Shown here piece by piece: positions 18,660 through 27,042 of a stretch of 54,387 bases of DNA. Both the position numbers and the translations under genes were made by a program. The DNA comes from a virus (lineage: Duplodnaviria > Caudoviricetes): positions 1-54,387 of the IMG/VR virus record IMGVR_UViG_3300019889_000002; one strand, written 5' to 3'. Positions within the stretch are counted from its first letter, which is position 1. Every line of letters starts with the position of its first letter. The notes below the pieces were generated by a model. The model ran no database searches. It had not been told where the DNA came from and worked only from the letters and a program-made list of their open reading frames with translations.

Positions 18660-20474
18660 ATGCCGGACCTGCCGGAAATCCCTGAAAACCTCGCTGGCCT
18701 GTCCGACGAGGAACTGTCTACCCTGCTGGCTGGTATCTCCGCAGCAGCGCAGCCGTTTACTGCCGCCGACTTCCAGCACACCGATGAGTCGATCGCCGCT
18801 GTCAAGGCGCTGGCTGACGCGTCGGGTCCCGTCGTCGCTGAACAGCAGGCCCGCGCCGACCGCGCGACCGCCGGTGCCGACGCCGCTCAGACCGCCGCCT
18901 CGTTGGCCGCTCTCGCGCCCGCCGGTGGAACTGACGATGAAGAAGAAGACGATGAGCCTGAGGCCCCGGCCCTGGAGGGTGAAATACTCGCGCCCGTCGT
19001 AGCGTCCCGTGCACCGGGTGTCGCCGATATCGCTCGCACCGGCCAGTCCCCGACCATCCCGGCTCCCCTCGTGTTCGCCGCTTCGATGGTCGCCGCCGCC
19101 GATGTACCGGGGTTCCCGACCGGCCACAAGTTCACCGGGTGGGGCGAAGCCTCCCAGGCGATGGCCAACCGGTTCGGTGCCTACAACTCGAAGTCCATGT
19201 CTGTCCGTAAGGGCGGCCGCCAAGTCCAGCGCAACGTGGATGTCCACGAAACCGGGTCTGCGCCGGCTGACGGGCAGCGCATGCAAACCACGTACAAGCA
19301 CCAACTGAAGTCGTTTACGCGGCATGGTGGTGTGAAGATGCGCCGCGAAGCGCCTTCGGAGTTGCGACTCAACTCCCAAGATGGCCGCGCGAACCTCGCG
19401 AAGCTCGAGTTCGCGGGCAAGGAGTCGCGGGTCGCCGGTGGCAGCCTGGTCGCGTCGATGCTGAAAGACGTGAAAGCCGGTAAGTCCCTGGTTGCTGCGG
19501 CTGGCTGGTGCGCGCCCAGTGAGACGATTTATGACCTGTGTGAGCAGGAAACCATGGACGGACTCCTGGCTATCCCCGAGGTGACTGCTGACCGTGGCGG
19601 GTTCAACATCCCCATCGACGGCGGTATCGACTTCTCTACCATCTTCACGTCCATCGGTAACGCCGGTGACACACATTTGACTGAGGCCGAAGTTATCGCC
19701 GACGTCGTCAAGGTGTGTAACGAAATTCCGTGCCCCGAGTTCGAAGATGTCCGCTTGGCCGTCGACTACTTCTGTCTGACCGGGTCACTGTTGCAGCGCC
19801 GCGGCTACCCCGAAGTTATCGGCCGTTTCACTCGCGGTGCGGCTGTGGCTTTGGCGCACAAAATCAACGCTGGTGTGATAGCGGAGATCGAAGCCGGTTC
19901 AGTTGACGCCGGGGTTGTTCCCCTCTGTGAATCGGGTGACGACGCCGCCAGTGCACTGCTGTCGGCGGTGGAGACGGCGATCGTTGACATGCAGTACCGG
20001 GCGCGCATGTCCATGTCCCAGTCCATGGAAGTCGTGTTGCCGTTCTTCGCTCTCGCGCAGATCCGTGCGGCGATGTCTCGCCGCCGGGGCGTCGCCCTCA
20101 TGGCCGTCAGTGACGCTGAGATCGGGGCATGGTTCGCGGTCCGTAACGCCGTGCCGCGGTTCGTGTACGACTGGCAGGACGCTTTCACTGGTGAACCCGG
20201 TGGCCCCGGTGGCGCTGTCCCGTTGGTGCAGTTGCCGACGGAAATCCAGTTCATCGTGTTCCCCGCTGGTACGTGGATCAAAGCGACCGCTGAGGTCGTC
20301 GACCTGGACACGATCTACGACTCGACGCTGTTGACGACCAACCAGTACACGGCGGCGTTCGTTGAGGACGGGTGGGCGGTCATGCAAATGTGTCCCCTGT
20401 CTCGCGTGTACACCGTCGTGATCGACCCGTGTGGCTGCCTGTGCTCCGACCAGGTTGTCCCCACCTCCCCGTGA
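18660..20474 (+). CDS. Major capsid protein (putative hexamer protein) with N-terminal scaffold region
   Basis: AAAGWCAPSETIYD and RRGYPE motifs; acidic, Ala-rich N-terminus; position. Confidence 0.88.
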   Translation: MPDLPEIPENLAGLSDEELSTLLAGISAAAQPFTAADFQHTDESIAAVKALADASGPVVAEQQARADRATAGADAAQTAASLAALAPAGGTDDEEEDDEPEAPALEGEILAPVVASRAPGVADIARTGQSPTIPAPLVFAASMVAAADVPGFPTGHKFTGWGEASQAMANRFGAYNSKSMSVRKGGRQVQRNVDVHETGSAPADGQRMQTTYKHQLKSFTRHGGVKMRREAPSELRLNSQDGRANLAKLEFAGKESRVAGGSLVASMLKDVKAGKSLVAAAGWCAPSETIYDLCEQETMDGLLAIPEVTADRGGFNIPIDGGIDFSTIFTSIGNAGDTHLTEAEVIADVVKVCNEIPCPEFEDVRLAVDYFCLTGSLLQRRGYPEVIGRFTRGAAVALAHKINAGVIAEIEAGSVDAGVVPLCESGDDAASALLSAVETAIVDMQYRARMSMSQSMEVVLPFFALAQIRAAMSRRRGVALMAVSDAEIGAWFAVRNAVPRFVYDWQDAFTGEPGGPGGAVPLVQLPTEIQFIVFPAGTWIKATAEVVDLDTIYDSTLLTTNQYTAAFVEDGWAVMQMCPLSRVYTVVIDPCGCLCSDQVVPTSP

Positions 20475-20514
20475 CCAGCAACCAACCAACCGTTGACTAT
20501 GAGGAGGGCAGGCC

Positions 20515-21294
20515 ATGGCGCTAGTACCAGCCGATAACGTTCCGGCACCGCAACCGCGCGGGCTGCGCTATGGCCTGTTCACCGTCGCTAACGGTCCCCT
20601 CCCCCTACCTGCGCATGGCGCTGGGGGCGGGGTCATCTATCAACCCGAGTCGTGTGGGCACGCCCACTCCTACCCGGTGGATTGTCCCGACGAATCCCCG
20701 ACGCCTGAGAAAATCTTCGACTCGATGCCGGACCCGGTCACGGCGGAACCGTTCGTCGTATACGGGTCACTGCAATGCGGGTCCGCCGGGAAGACTCAGG
20801 CGGAACTGGAGGCAGCGGTACGCCGCAACCTCGCCTCAGGTGAACAGGCGCAAGCCGAAGCCGAACTGGCGGTTATCTTGGACGCTGGTGCTGCTGGCTT
20901 GGGTGCCGCGGTCGACATCGTTGACGCCGTGTCGAGGCTGGAGCAGTGGCTGTACGGCATCGAGTCCGCCGACTACGGGCACATCGGTTACCTGCATGCG
21001 TCGCCGGAGGTCGCCGCATATGCGGGTGAAGCCTCACTGATTGTCGACCAGGGTGCCGTCAAACGGACCCCGTACGGGACGCTCTGGTCGATTGGTGGCG
21101 GCTACCCCGAAGGGACCCTGTACATCAGTGGGCAGGTCACGGTGTGGCGGTCAAGCGATGTGTTCGTGCCCGAGCTTGACCAGACCCTCGACAGGTCTAC
21201 CAACCAGTACTACATCGTCGCTGAACGTGAATACGCGGTCGCCTATGACTGTGTCGCCAACTCCATCACCCTTGACCTGGGAGGTTCCCCATGA
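20515..21294 (+). CDS. Second capsid protein (putative pentamer protein)
   Basis: RYGLF, PFVVYG...C, TNQ...VAER.Y motifs; directly after the MCP. Confidence 0.65.
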   Translation: MALVPADNVPAPQPRGLRYGLFTVANGPLPLPAHGAGGGVIYQPESCGHAHSYPVDCPDESPTPEKIFDSMPDPVTAEPFVVYGSLQCGSAGKTQAELEAAVRRNLASGEQAQAEAELAVILDAGAAGLGAAVDIVDAVSRLEQWLYGIESADYGHIGYLHASPEVAAYAGEASLIVDQGAVKRTPYGTLWSIGGGYPEGTLYISGQVTVWRSSDVFVPELDQTLDRSTNQYYIVAEREYAVAYDCVANSITLDLGGSP

Positions 21295-21671
21295 CCGTGA
21301 TCATCAAAACCGGGGGCCGCACCGGACGCGACCGCGCCGGGACCGTGAAGAACTTGGTCGCGTTGGCGAACGGGAATTTGCGTTACATCGTGTCGACCAC
21401 GAACGGTGTGCAGGTCCCTGACGAGTTGGCGTTCGACTATTTGAACCAGTTCTACGCCGTCCCCGTGGCCATCCCCGCCGAGCCCGTGCCTGTCCCAACC
21501 GCTGAGGTGGCGGCTGTGGTCGAACCGGTCCTGCTGGCCGACATTGTCGCCGAGGCGAAGGCCAGCGCTCCCAGCGCCGAGGCCACGCCAACCACCGAAG
21601 AACCGCGACCGAAGAAGCCCCGCAAGCCACGCAGTAAACCAGCCACCACCAGTGATGAGGGGGCCGAGTAA
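21291..21671 (+). CDS. Hypothetical virion-region protein
   Basis: GGAGG RBS; Pro/Ala/Lys-rich tail. Confidence 0.65.
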   Translation: MTVIIKTGGRTGRDRAGTVKNLVALANGNLRYIVSTTNGVQVPDELAFDYLNQFYAVPVAIPAEPVPVPTAEVAAVVEPVLLADIVAEAKASAPSAEATPTTEEPRPKKPRKPRSKPATTSDEGAE

Positions 21672-22366
21672 TGGCCACACAATGCCGGTCCTATATCCAA
21701 GGTCTCATGATGCGGGCGACCCGCCTCGACGAGTGCGGCAACCCCGTAGAGGGACCCTGTAGCACTGTCACCACTAAAGGGTTCATTACGGTGGCGATGA
21801 CGGATGAGTTGACGGACGCCGAAGCGATCACGCGCGTGGCCGCCGACGGCTCCAACTGCTATTTCGAGCAGTCCGACCCGAACCTGAACTTCATCTCCGT
21901 CACTCTCACTATGTGTTTGGTTGACCCCGACTTTTTCGAGATCACCACCGGTTCGCCCCTGGTGTTGAACGGCGCCGGCGACACGGTCGGGTTCGCCACC
22001 GACACCGAAACGTATGCGAAAGCGAACTTCTCGCTCGAAGTGTGGACGAAACTTGCCCGCACGGTCGCGTGCGCGCCGGGTGTCGCTGCCGAGTACGGGT
22101 ACCTGCTGCTGCCGTGGCTGGGTGGCGCGTCTCAGGGTGACGTAGAGATCGGCAACGACGGTATCGACTTCACGATCGCGGGCAGCACCCGCGCGGGAAC
22201 GTCGTGGGGTGTCGGCCCGTATGACGTTGTCCTGGATGAGCTGGGTGTGGCTGGTCCGCTGCTGTCGCCGTTGACGGCGACGACTCACCGGCATATGCAG
22301 TTGACGACCGTGGCGCCTCCTGCGGCTGTGTGTGGCTGCCAGCCACTTGATCTGGTTTCGCCGTAG
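21671..22366 (+). CDS. Major tail (tube) protein
   Basis: RATRLDECG, FSLEVW, YGYLLLPW, WGVGPYDV. Confidence 0.8.
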   Translation: MATQCRSYIQGLMMRATRLDECGNPVEGPCSTVTTKGFITVAMTDELTDAEAITRVAADGSNCYFEQSDPNLNFISVTLTMCLVDPDFFEITTGSPLVLNGAGDTVGFATDTETYAKANFSLEVWTKLARTVACAPGVAAEYGYLLLPWLGGASQGDVEIGNDGIDFTIAGSTRAGTSWGVGPYDVVLDELGVAGPLLSPLTATTHRHMQLTTVAPPAAVCGCQPLDLVSP

Positions 22367-22375
22367 ACTCATCCC

Positions 22376-23155
22376 ATGGGTGAGCCGTGCAACTGGACTG
22401 TAGTGCCGGGCGAGTGCTGCCCTAGCTGGGGCGAGTACACGCCTGGGCAGCAGGCCCGCGCTATCCGGGTCGGTACAGCGTTGATGTGGGCGGCGACGGG
22501 CCGGCAGTTCGGTTTGTGTGAGATCTCGGTCCAACCATGCGCGCCGGCCGGTATCTCCCCGTCGTACCGGGTTTACCCCGTCACGCTCGGGTCTGGGTTC
22601 GGTGAGTTCCACCCATATTTGTGGGCGGGGCGTTGGTACAACCCTGGTGTCGGTGCCTGTGGCTGCTGCGAAGCCGGATGCGAAATCCCGTTGCAGGGAC
22701 CCACGTCGACGGACGCGGTCGTTGAGGTCGTTGTTGCTGGCGTGGTTGTCCCGCCGGCCGCGTACATCATCATGGATTCGTACCGGCTGGTGCGGATCGA
22801 TGGCGCGTGTTGGCCGACCTGCGTCAACTACAGCCAGCAGGACCCGCCTGGTTTCGAGGTCACGTATGGCCGGGGCACACCCGTACCGCAAGTGGTTCTT
22901 GACGCGGCGGCGCAGGTCGCGTGTGAGGCCGCGAAAGCCTGTGCGGGTGGCGACTGTGTCCTCCCCGCGAATGTCACGTCGATCACTCGGCAGGGCGTCG
23001 AGTTCGATGTAGCCGAAGTCGATATCACGACAGACCGGTTGTCGTCGGGTATCCCCGAGGTCGACCGGGTGATAGCGATTTACAATCCGCACCGATTGAC
23101 CCAACGCACCCGAATCTATGGTCCGGACGTCCGCTACCCCAGGATGGTGACCTGA
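22376..23155 (+). CDS. Head-to-tail adaptor
   Basis: WAATGRQFG, LVRIDG..WP, ITRQGV, GIPEVD...NP. Confidence 0.75.
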   Translation: MGEPCNWTVVPGECCPSWGEYTPGQQARAIRVGTALMWAATGRQFGLCEISVQPCAPAGISPSYRVYPVTLGSGFGEFHPYLWAGRWYNPGVGACGCCEAGCEIPLQGPTSTDAVVEVVVAGVVVPPAAYIIMDSYRLVRIDGACWPTCVNYSQQDPPGFEVTYGRGTPVPQVVLDAAAQVACEAAKACAGGDCVLPANVTSITRQGVEFDVAEVDITTDRLSSGIPEVDRVIAIYNPHRLTQRTRIYGPDVRYPRMVT

Positions 23156-23157
23156 CC

Positions 23158-23697
23158 ATGGTGATTGTTGACCCTGTCGCCGCCCCCCACGCCTCCGCAC
23201 TGTTGGAGTGCCTGCGCGGTGAGATCGCGCAAGCGTTGAAACCTCCCGGCATGGTGTGTATGCGCGCCGGCGACCAAGTCAACTTCCTGCGGTCCCTGAC
23301 CGAGGATGAATGCTGCACGGGCCTGGCGTGGGTGCGGATCGCCGAATACCCGGCACCGGCATCCACTGTGTTCCCCGGCCCGGATGCCGAGGCCGCGAAC
23401 TGTTTCCCGCAGCGGTGGTCCGTCGTGTTGGAGATGGGGTATGTGACGTGCGCGCCCGTGGGGACCGCCGAGACACTTCCTACCTGTGAGGAATGGACTG
23501 AACTACACGAAGCCCTCGCGAGCGCTGACGCGGCTTTCCGGCGGACCATCCTCTGCTGCTACGCGGCCGACGATGAAGCCCTGTGGGTGATCGGCCCCGG
23601 TGTGCCTCTGCCGATCGAGGGTGGATGCGCCGGGATCACCCGGACGCTCACCGTGGCTGCGGACGCCAACGACTGCTGCATAGAAACAAGCCCATGA
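23158..23697 (+). CDS. Probable tail terminator/completion protein
   Basis: LAWVR...GGC motifs; position. Confidence 0.6.
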   Translation: MVIVDPVAAPHASALLECLRGEIAQALKPPGMVCMRAGDQVNFLRSLTEDECCTGLAWVRIAEYPAPASTVFPGPDAEAANCFPQRWSVVLEMGYVTCAPVGTAETLPTCEEWTELHEALASADAAFRRTILCCYAADDEALWVIGPGVPLPIEGGCAGITRTLTVAADANDCCIETSP

Positions 23698-24233
23698 CCA
23701 TGGACGAGCATCAACAGCGTTACGAATCTCATCAGAAGCGGAAGCGTGGCGTCCTCATCGACATCATGCGCGCCCGCCACAGTGACCGCATGTTCGCCGA
23801 CGGTCTCGTCCCCGACGATGCACTGGCCGAAGTCCTCGAAGCCGCACAGCTGGCACCATCGAGCTGTGACCGGCACGCCGTGGCCACGCAGGTAGTGACC
23901 GGCCGCGACGACAAAGCACTCCTCGGGGGGCTACTCGTCGGCGGAGTCGGGTGGATACACCGTGCACCAGTGATCGTTCTCCTGTTCGCCGAACCCGCTG
24001 CATACAAGGCACCGGGGGAGATCGCGTTTATGCCGTGGCTCGACACCGGGTTCTTGGCTGAGAACATGCTCCTGGCCGCTACGGCCGCCGGTCTGGCATC
24101 GGCGTACTGCAACCCTGCTGTCCGGCCAGCACACAAGCCACTCTTCGAAACCGTGTACGGCGGGCGCCTGTTCGGTGGCGCTGTCGCACTCGGCCAGCCA
24201 CTCCCACCCGACTGGGTTTTTGAGTCCGGGTAA
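23694..24233 (+). CDS. Nitroreductase-family (FMN) oxidoreductase
   Basis: RHSDRMF, AAQLAPSS, DTGFLAENMLLAATAAGLAS. Confidence 0.85.
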   Translation: MTMDEHQQRYESHQKRKRGVLIDIMRARHSDRMFADGLVPDDALAEVLEAAQLAPSSCDRHAVATQVVTGRDDKALLGGLLVGGVGWIHRAPVIVLLFAEPAAYKAPGEIAFMPWLDTGFLAENMLLAATAAGLASAYCNPAVRPAHKPLFETVYGGRLFGGAVALGQPLPPDWVFESG

Positions 24234-24260
24234 GGAATGTAGACTCTAGACAGGTAAAAG

Positions 24261-24287
24261 CCCCGCGAGTGAAGTCACACTCCGGGG
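24261..24287 (+). promoter_or_regulatory. Leader hairpin upstream of the antirepressor
   Basis: CCCCG-C-GAGTG-N6-CACTC-CGGGG, downstream of TAGACT at 24240. Confidence 0.45.
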
Positions 24288-24317
24288 TATGGACGATCCA
24301 AGCTAAAGGACATCGCC

Positions 24318-25196
24318 ATGGAATACGGTACAGGCACCCTCGACGACAACACCAACCCCACCTCCCGTCCGCCCGAGCCCTCCGCCCTTGCAGTACAGGC
24401 ATTCGCGTATCCGATGACGCAACAGGATATTCGCACGATCACTATCGACGGGGCGGCGTGGATTCATCACGCCGACGTTTGTGTTGCGCTGGAACACACC
24501 AACCCGTCCATGGCAATCAGGCTGGTTGAGGACGACGACAAGCACAAGTTCGACATGCGCAGTATTTCCGCAGGTGGGAACGCCCTAAGCTTCGCTGAGG
24601 GCGTCAACACGGAGGCTTGGTTCATCACCGAGCCTGGCTTCTACGACCTAGTGATTGCCAGCAAGGCATCCGGGGCTCGGGCATTCAAACGATGGGTAAC
24701 TCACGAAGTTCTACCCGCGATCCGGGCAACAGGAAAGTACGAGGTCGCAGAACACCGGTTGCCTTCGTCCTACGCCGAGGCTCTGCGGGAGCTGGCAGCA
24801 ATCGTGGAGGAATGTGAGGCCGTCAAGATCGCGCTGGCTACAGCTGAACCCAAAGCAGACGCGTGGGATGTGCTGGCCTCAGCGACGGGCGACTACGCGG
24901 TTGCCGACGCCGCGAAAATCCTGTCTCGCGATCCGGTGATCAAACTCGGACGGAACCGGTTGTTCACCGTCTTGGGCGAGCTGGGTTGGACCTACCGGCA
25001 GCGGTGCGACAACCATTGGCGGGTCTATCAAACCGCCGTCGACAACGGTCGGATGTCGGAGATCCCGCAATCGCACTACCATCCGCGCACCGGAGAGTTG
25101 CAGCTCGATCCGCCGCAGACCCGGATCACCACCAAGGGCATAGCCGATCTACGGCGCATCCTCGGTGGAACCGAACCACTGTCTATCGATCGGTAG
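24318..25196 (+). CDS. BRO-N / ANT(KilA-C) antirepressor
   Basis: ITEPGFYDLVIAS, FKRWVTHEVLPAIRATG, LPSSYAEAL, GRNRLF, RITTKG. Confidence 0.92.
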   Translation: MEYGTGTLDDNTNPTSRPPEPSALAVQAFAYPMTQQDIRTITIDGAAWIHHADVCVALEHTNPSMAIRLVEDDDKHKFDMRSISAGGNALSFAEGVNTEAWFITEPGFYDLVIASKASGARAFKRWVTHEVLPAIRATGKYEVAEHRLPSSYAEALRELAAIVEECEAVKIALATAEPKADAWDVLASATGDYAVADAAKILSRDPVIKLGRNRLFTVLGELGWTYRQRCDNHWRVYQTAVDNGRMSEIPQSHYHPRTGELQLDPPQTRITTKGIADLRRILGGTEPLSIDR

Positions 25197-25205
25197 ACTC
25201 GAGCC

Positions 25206-25859
25206 ATGTCGCCGCCTACCCCACAACTCCCCGCTAAAATCCATCAAATCTGGATCGGCGGGCCACCCCCGCAGCACCTCGCCGAGTACATGCGGTCATG
25301 GCAAGAACAGCATCCAACATGGACGTACAAGCTTTGGGGTGACGACGACCTAGATTGGTTGCAGCACCGAAAACTGTTTGACCGGGCTCACCGGATCGTC
25401 CCGCCGGATGCGGTCAGCCAGTTCAAAGCAGACCTCGCACGCTACGAAATTTTGCTTGCCCATGGCGGTTTCTATGCCGACGCCGATACCGAATGCCTGG
25501 CACCGATCGATCACGTAATGGCCGGGCGGGACGCGTTCGCCGCTGCCGAAGACGCCAACTATGTCGGTAACACTTACTTGGGGTGCACGCCGGGGCACCC
25601 GGTTATGCAGGCGCTCGTTGACGGTATTCCGGCGTCGGTAGCCAAGCGGCGTGGGCAGCGCGCGAACCGGATCAGTGGCCCTCGTTACGTCACGCCTATA
25701 TGGAATCAACATGGCTGCCACGTCGACCCCGTCGACCTTTGGTTCCCTTATTCCTATTCGGACATCAAGAATGGTACGGTCCCCGACGACTACGGGGCCG
25801 CATACGCGGCACACCACTGGCACCACACTCGGACAGTCCTGGAAAGGCGTAAACGATGA
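25206..25859 (+). CDS. Glycosyltransferase, GT32/OCH1-like (DxD)
   Basis: PAKIHQIWIG, DLARYEILLAHGGFYADAD, SGP, HHW. Confidence 0.9.
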   Translation: MSPPTPQLPAKIHQIWIGGPPPQHLAEYMRSWQEQHPTWTYKLWGDDDLDWLQHRKLFDRAHRIVPPDAVSQFKADLARYEILLAHGGFYADADTECLAPIDHVMAGRDAFAAAEDANYVGNTYLGCTPGHPVMQALVDGIPASVAKRRGQRANRISGPRYVTPIWNQHGCHVDPVDLWFPYSYSDIKNGTVPDDYGAAYAAHHWHHTRTVLERRKR

Positions 25860-26449
25860 CTACTACTACCCCTGATATGGCGGCGCTGGCGGCTCTCGAG
25901 GGCCTGATCACACCGGATGTTGGTGAGCACTTGCACCTTCTGGCGTCGAAGATCCCTGCGGATCAGCATGTCGTGGAGATCGGCGCGTGGAAAGGCAAGT
26001 CGTCGTGTTATCTGGCGGCGGGGCGGCGCGCCGGGGCGGGTGGCCGGGTGTTCAGTGTTGACCCTTGGTCGGCGGACGTGCAGGAGTGGTCGAGGTATCA
26101 CCCGTCGGCGACGTTGGGGGAGTGGGCTGCGCAGGTCGATGCGGCGGGGTATGGGGACGTGGTGACGCCGATGCGGGGCCGGTCCACGGATGTGGCGCCG
26201 GAGTGGCGGCACGGCCCGATCGGGCTGCTCTACATCGATGGCGATCACGCCCGTGAAGCGGTCCTCGCGGACTTCGCGGCGTGGCGGCCTCACCTTGCTG
26301 CCACAGCTGTGGTGGTGTTCGACGACTACGGGGTGTCGCATAACCCTGATGTCGCCCCGGTCGTCCACGAGTTGCAGGTGTCGGGTGACCTACTGATTTG
26401 GGAGATCGCCGCTAACGGCCGGATCGCTGTCTGCCAGGTCTCCCAATGA
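25856..26449 (+). CDS. Class I SAM methyltransferase (Methyltransf_24-like)
   Basis: VVEIGAWKGKS, LLYIDGDH, VVFDDY. Confidence 0.9.
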   Translation: MTTTTPDMAALAALEGLITPDVGEHLHLLASKIPADQHVVEIGAWKGKSSCYLAAGRRAGAGGRVFSVDPWSADVQEWSRYHPSATLGEWAAQVDAAGYGDVVTPMRGRSTDVAPEWRHGPIGLLYIDGDHAREAVLADFAAWRPHLAATAVVVFDDYGVSHNPDVAPVVHELQVSGDLLIWEIAANGRIAVCQVSQ

Positions 26450-27042
26450 AGGCGTACACCCCGGCGGGGTATTGGGAGCGCCGGTATTTGCAGGGCCGGT
26501 CGTCGGGGGCCGGGTCGGAAGGCAAGCAGGCCGCGGCGAAAGCCGAGTATGTGAACAAGACGATCGCCCGGTTGGATGTCGATTCGGTGATTGATTGGGG
26601 TGTCGGTGACGGGACGATCCTGGGGCAACTGAACTTGGACTTGTTGGACAGGTATGTGGGTGTCGATGTGTCACAGACGATCCTCGACCAGGTAGCGGGC
26701 CTGTACTCGGGGCCAGGCCGGTCGTTCATCCACACGTCCAAGGTGTGCGTCGATGAGGGGTTCCGGCACGCCGACCTCGCCCTGTCCATGGATGTTCTGT
26801 TTCATTTCCCCGACGACAACGACTACGACGCGTACCTCCACTCCCTGTTCAACTCGGCGGGCACGTGGGTCCTCATCTATTCCACGAACTACGGTCCCGA
26901 CCAGACCGCCCGGCATGTGTTGCGGCGCCGGTTCACGCCCGACGTGGCCGCCCGGTACCCAGCTTGGGAACTCATTGAGCAACCTGATCAGCCGCACCCG
27001 GCCGGGTTCTACCTGTACCAGCGGGAGGGCGGCCGTGGCTAG
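26446..27042 (+). CDS. Class I SAM methyltransferase
   Basis: YWERRY...SGAGS, VIDWGVGDG, YVGVDVS, DVLFH. Confidence 0.88.
   Translation: MKAYTPAGYWERRYLQGRSSGAGSEGKQAAAKAEYVNKTIARLDVDSVIDWGVGDGTILGQLNLDLLDRYVGVDVSQTILDQVAGLYSGPGRSFIHTSKVCVDEGFRHADLALSMDVLFHFPDDNDYDAYLHSLFNSAGTWVLIYSTNYGPDQTARHVLRRRFTPDVAARYPAWELIEQPDQPHPAGFYLYQREGGRG

Noticed and set aside
12662-23200. Long antisense ORFs such as 12662-13735, 16908-17915, 18345-19676 and 21452-23200
   Set aside because: They overlap well-supported virion genes and have Arg/Gly-rich, motif-free translations
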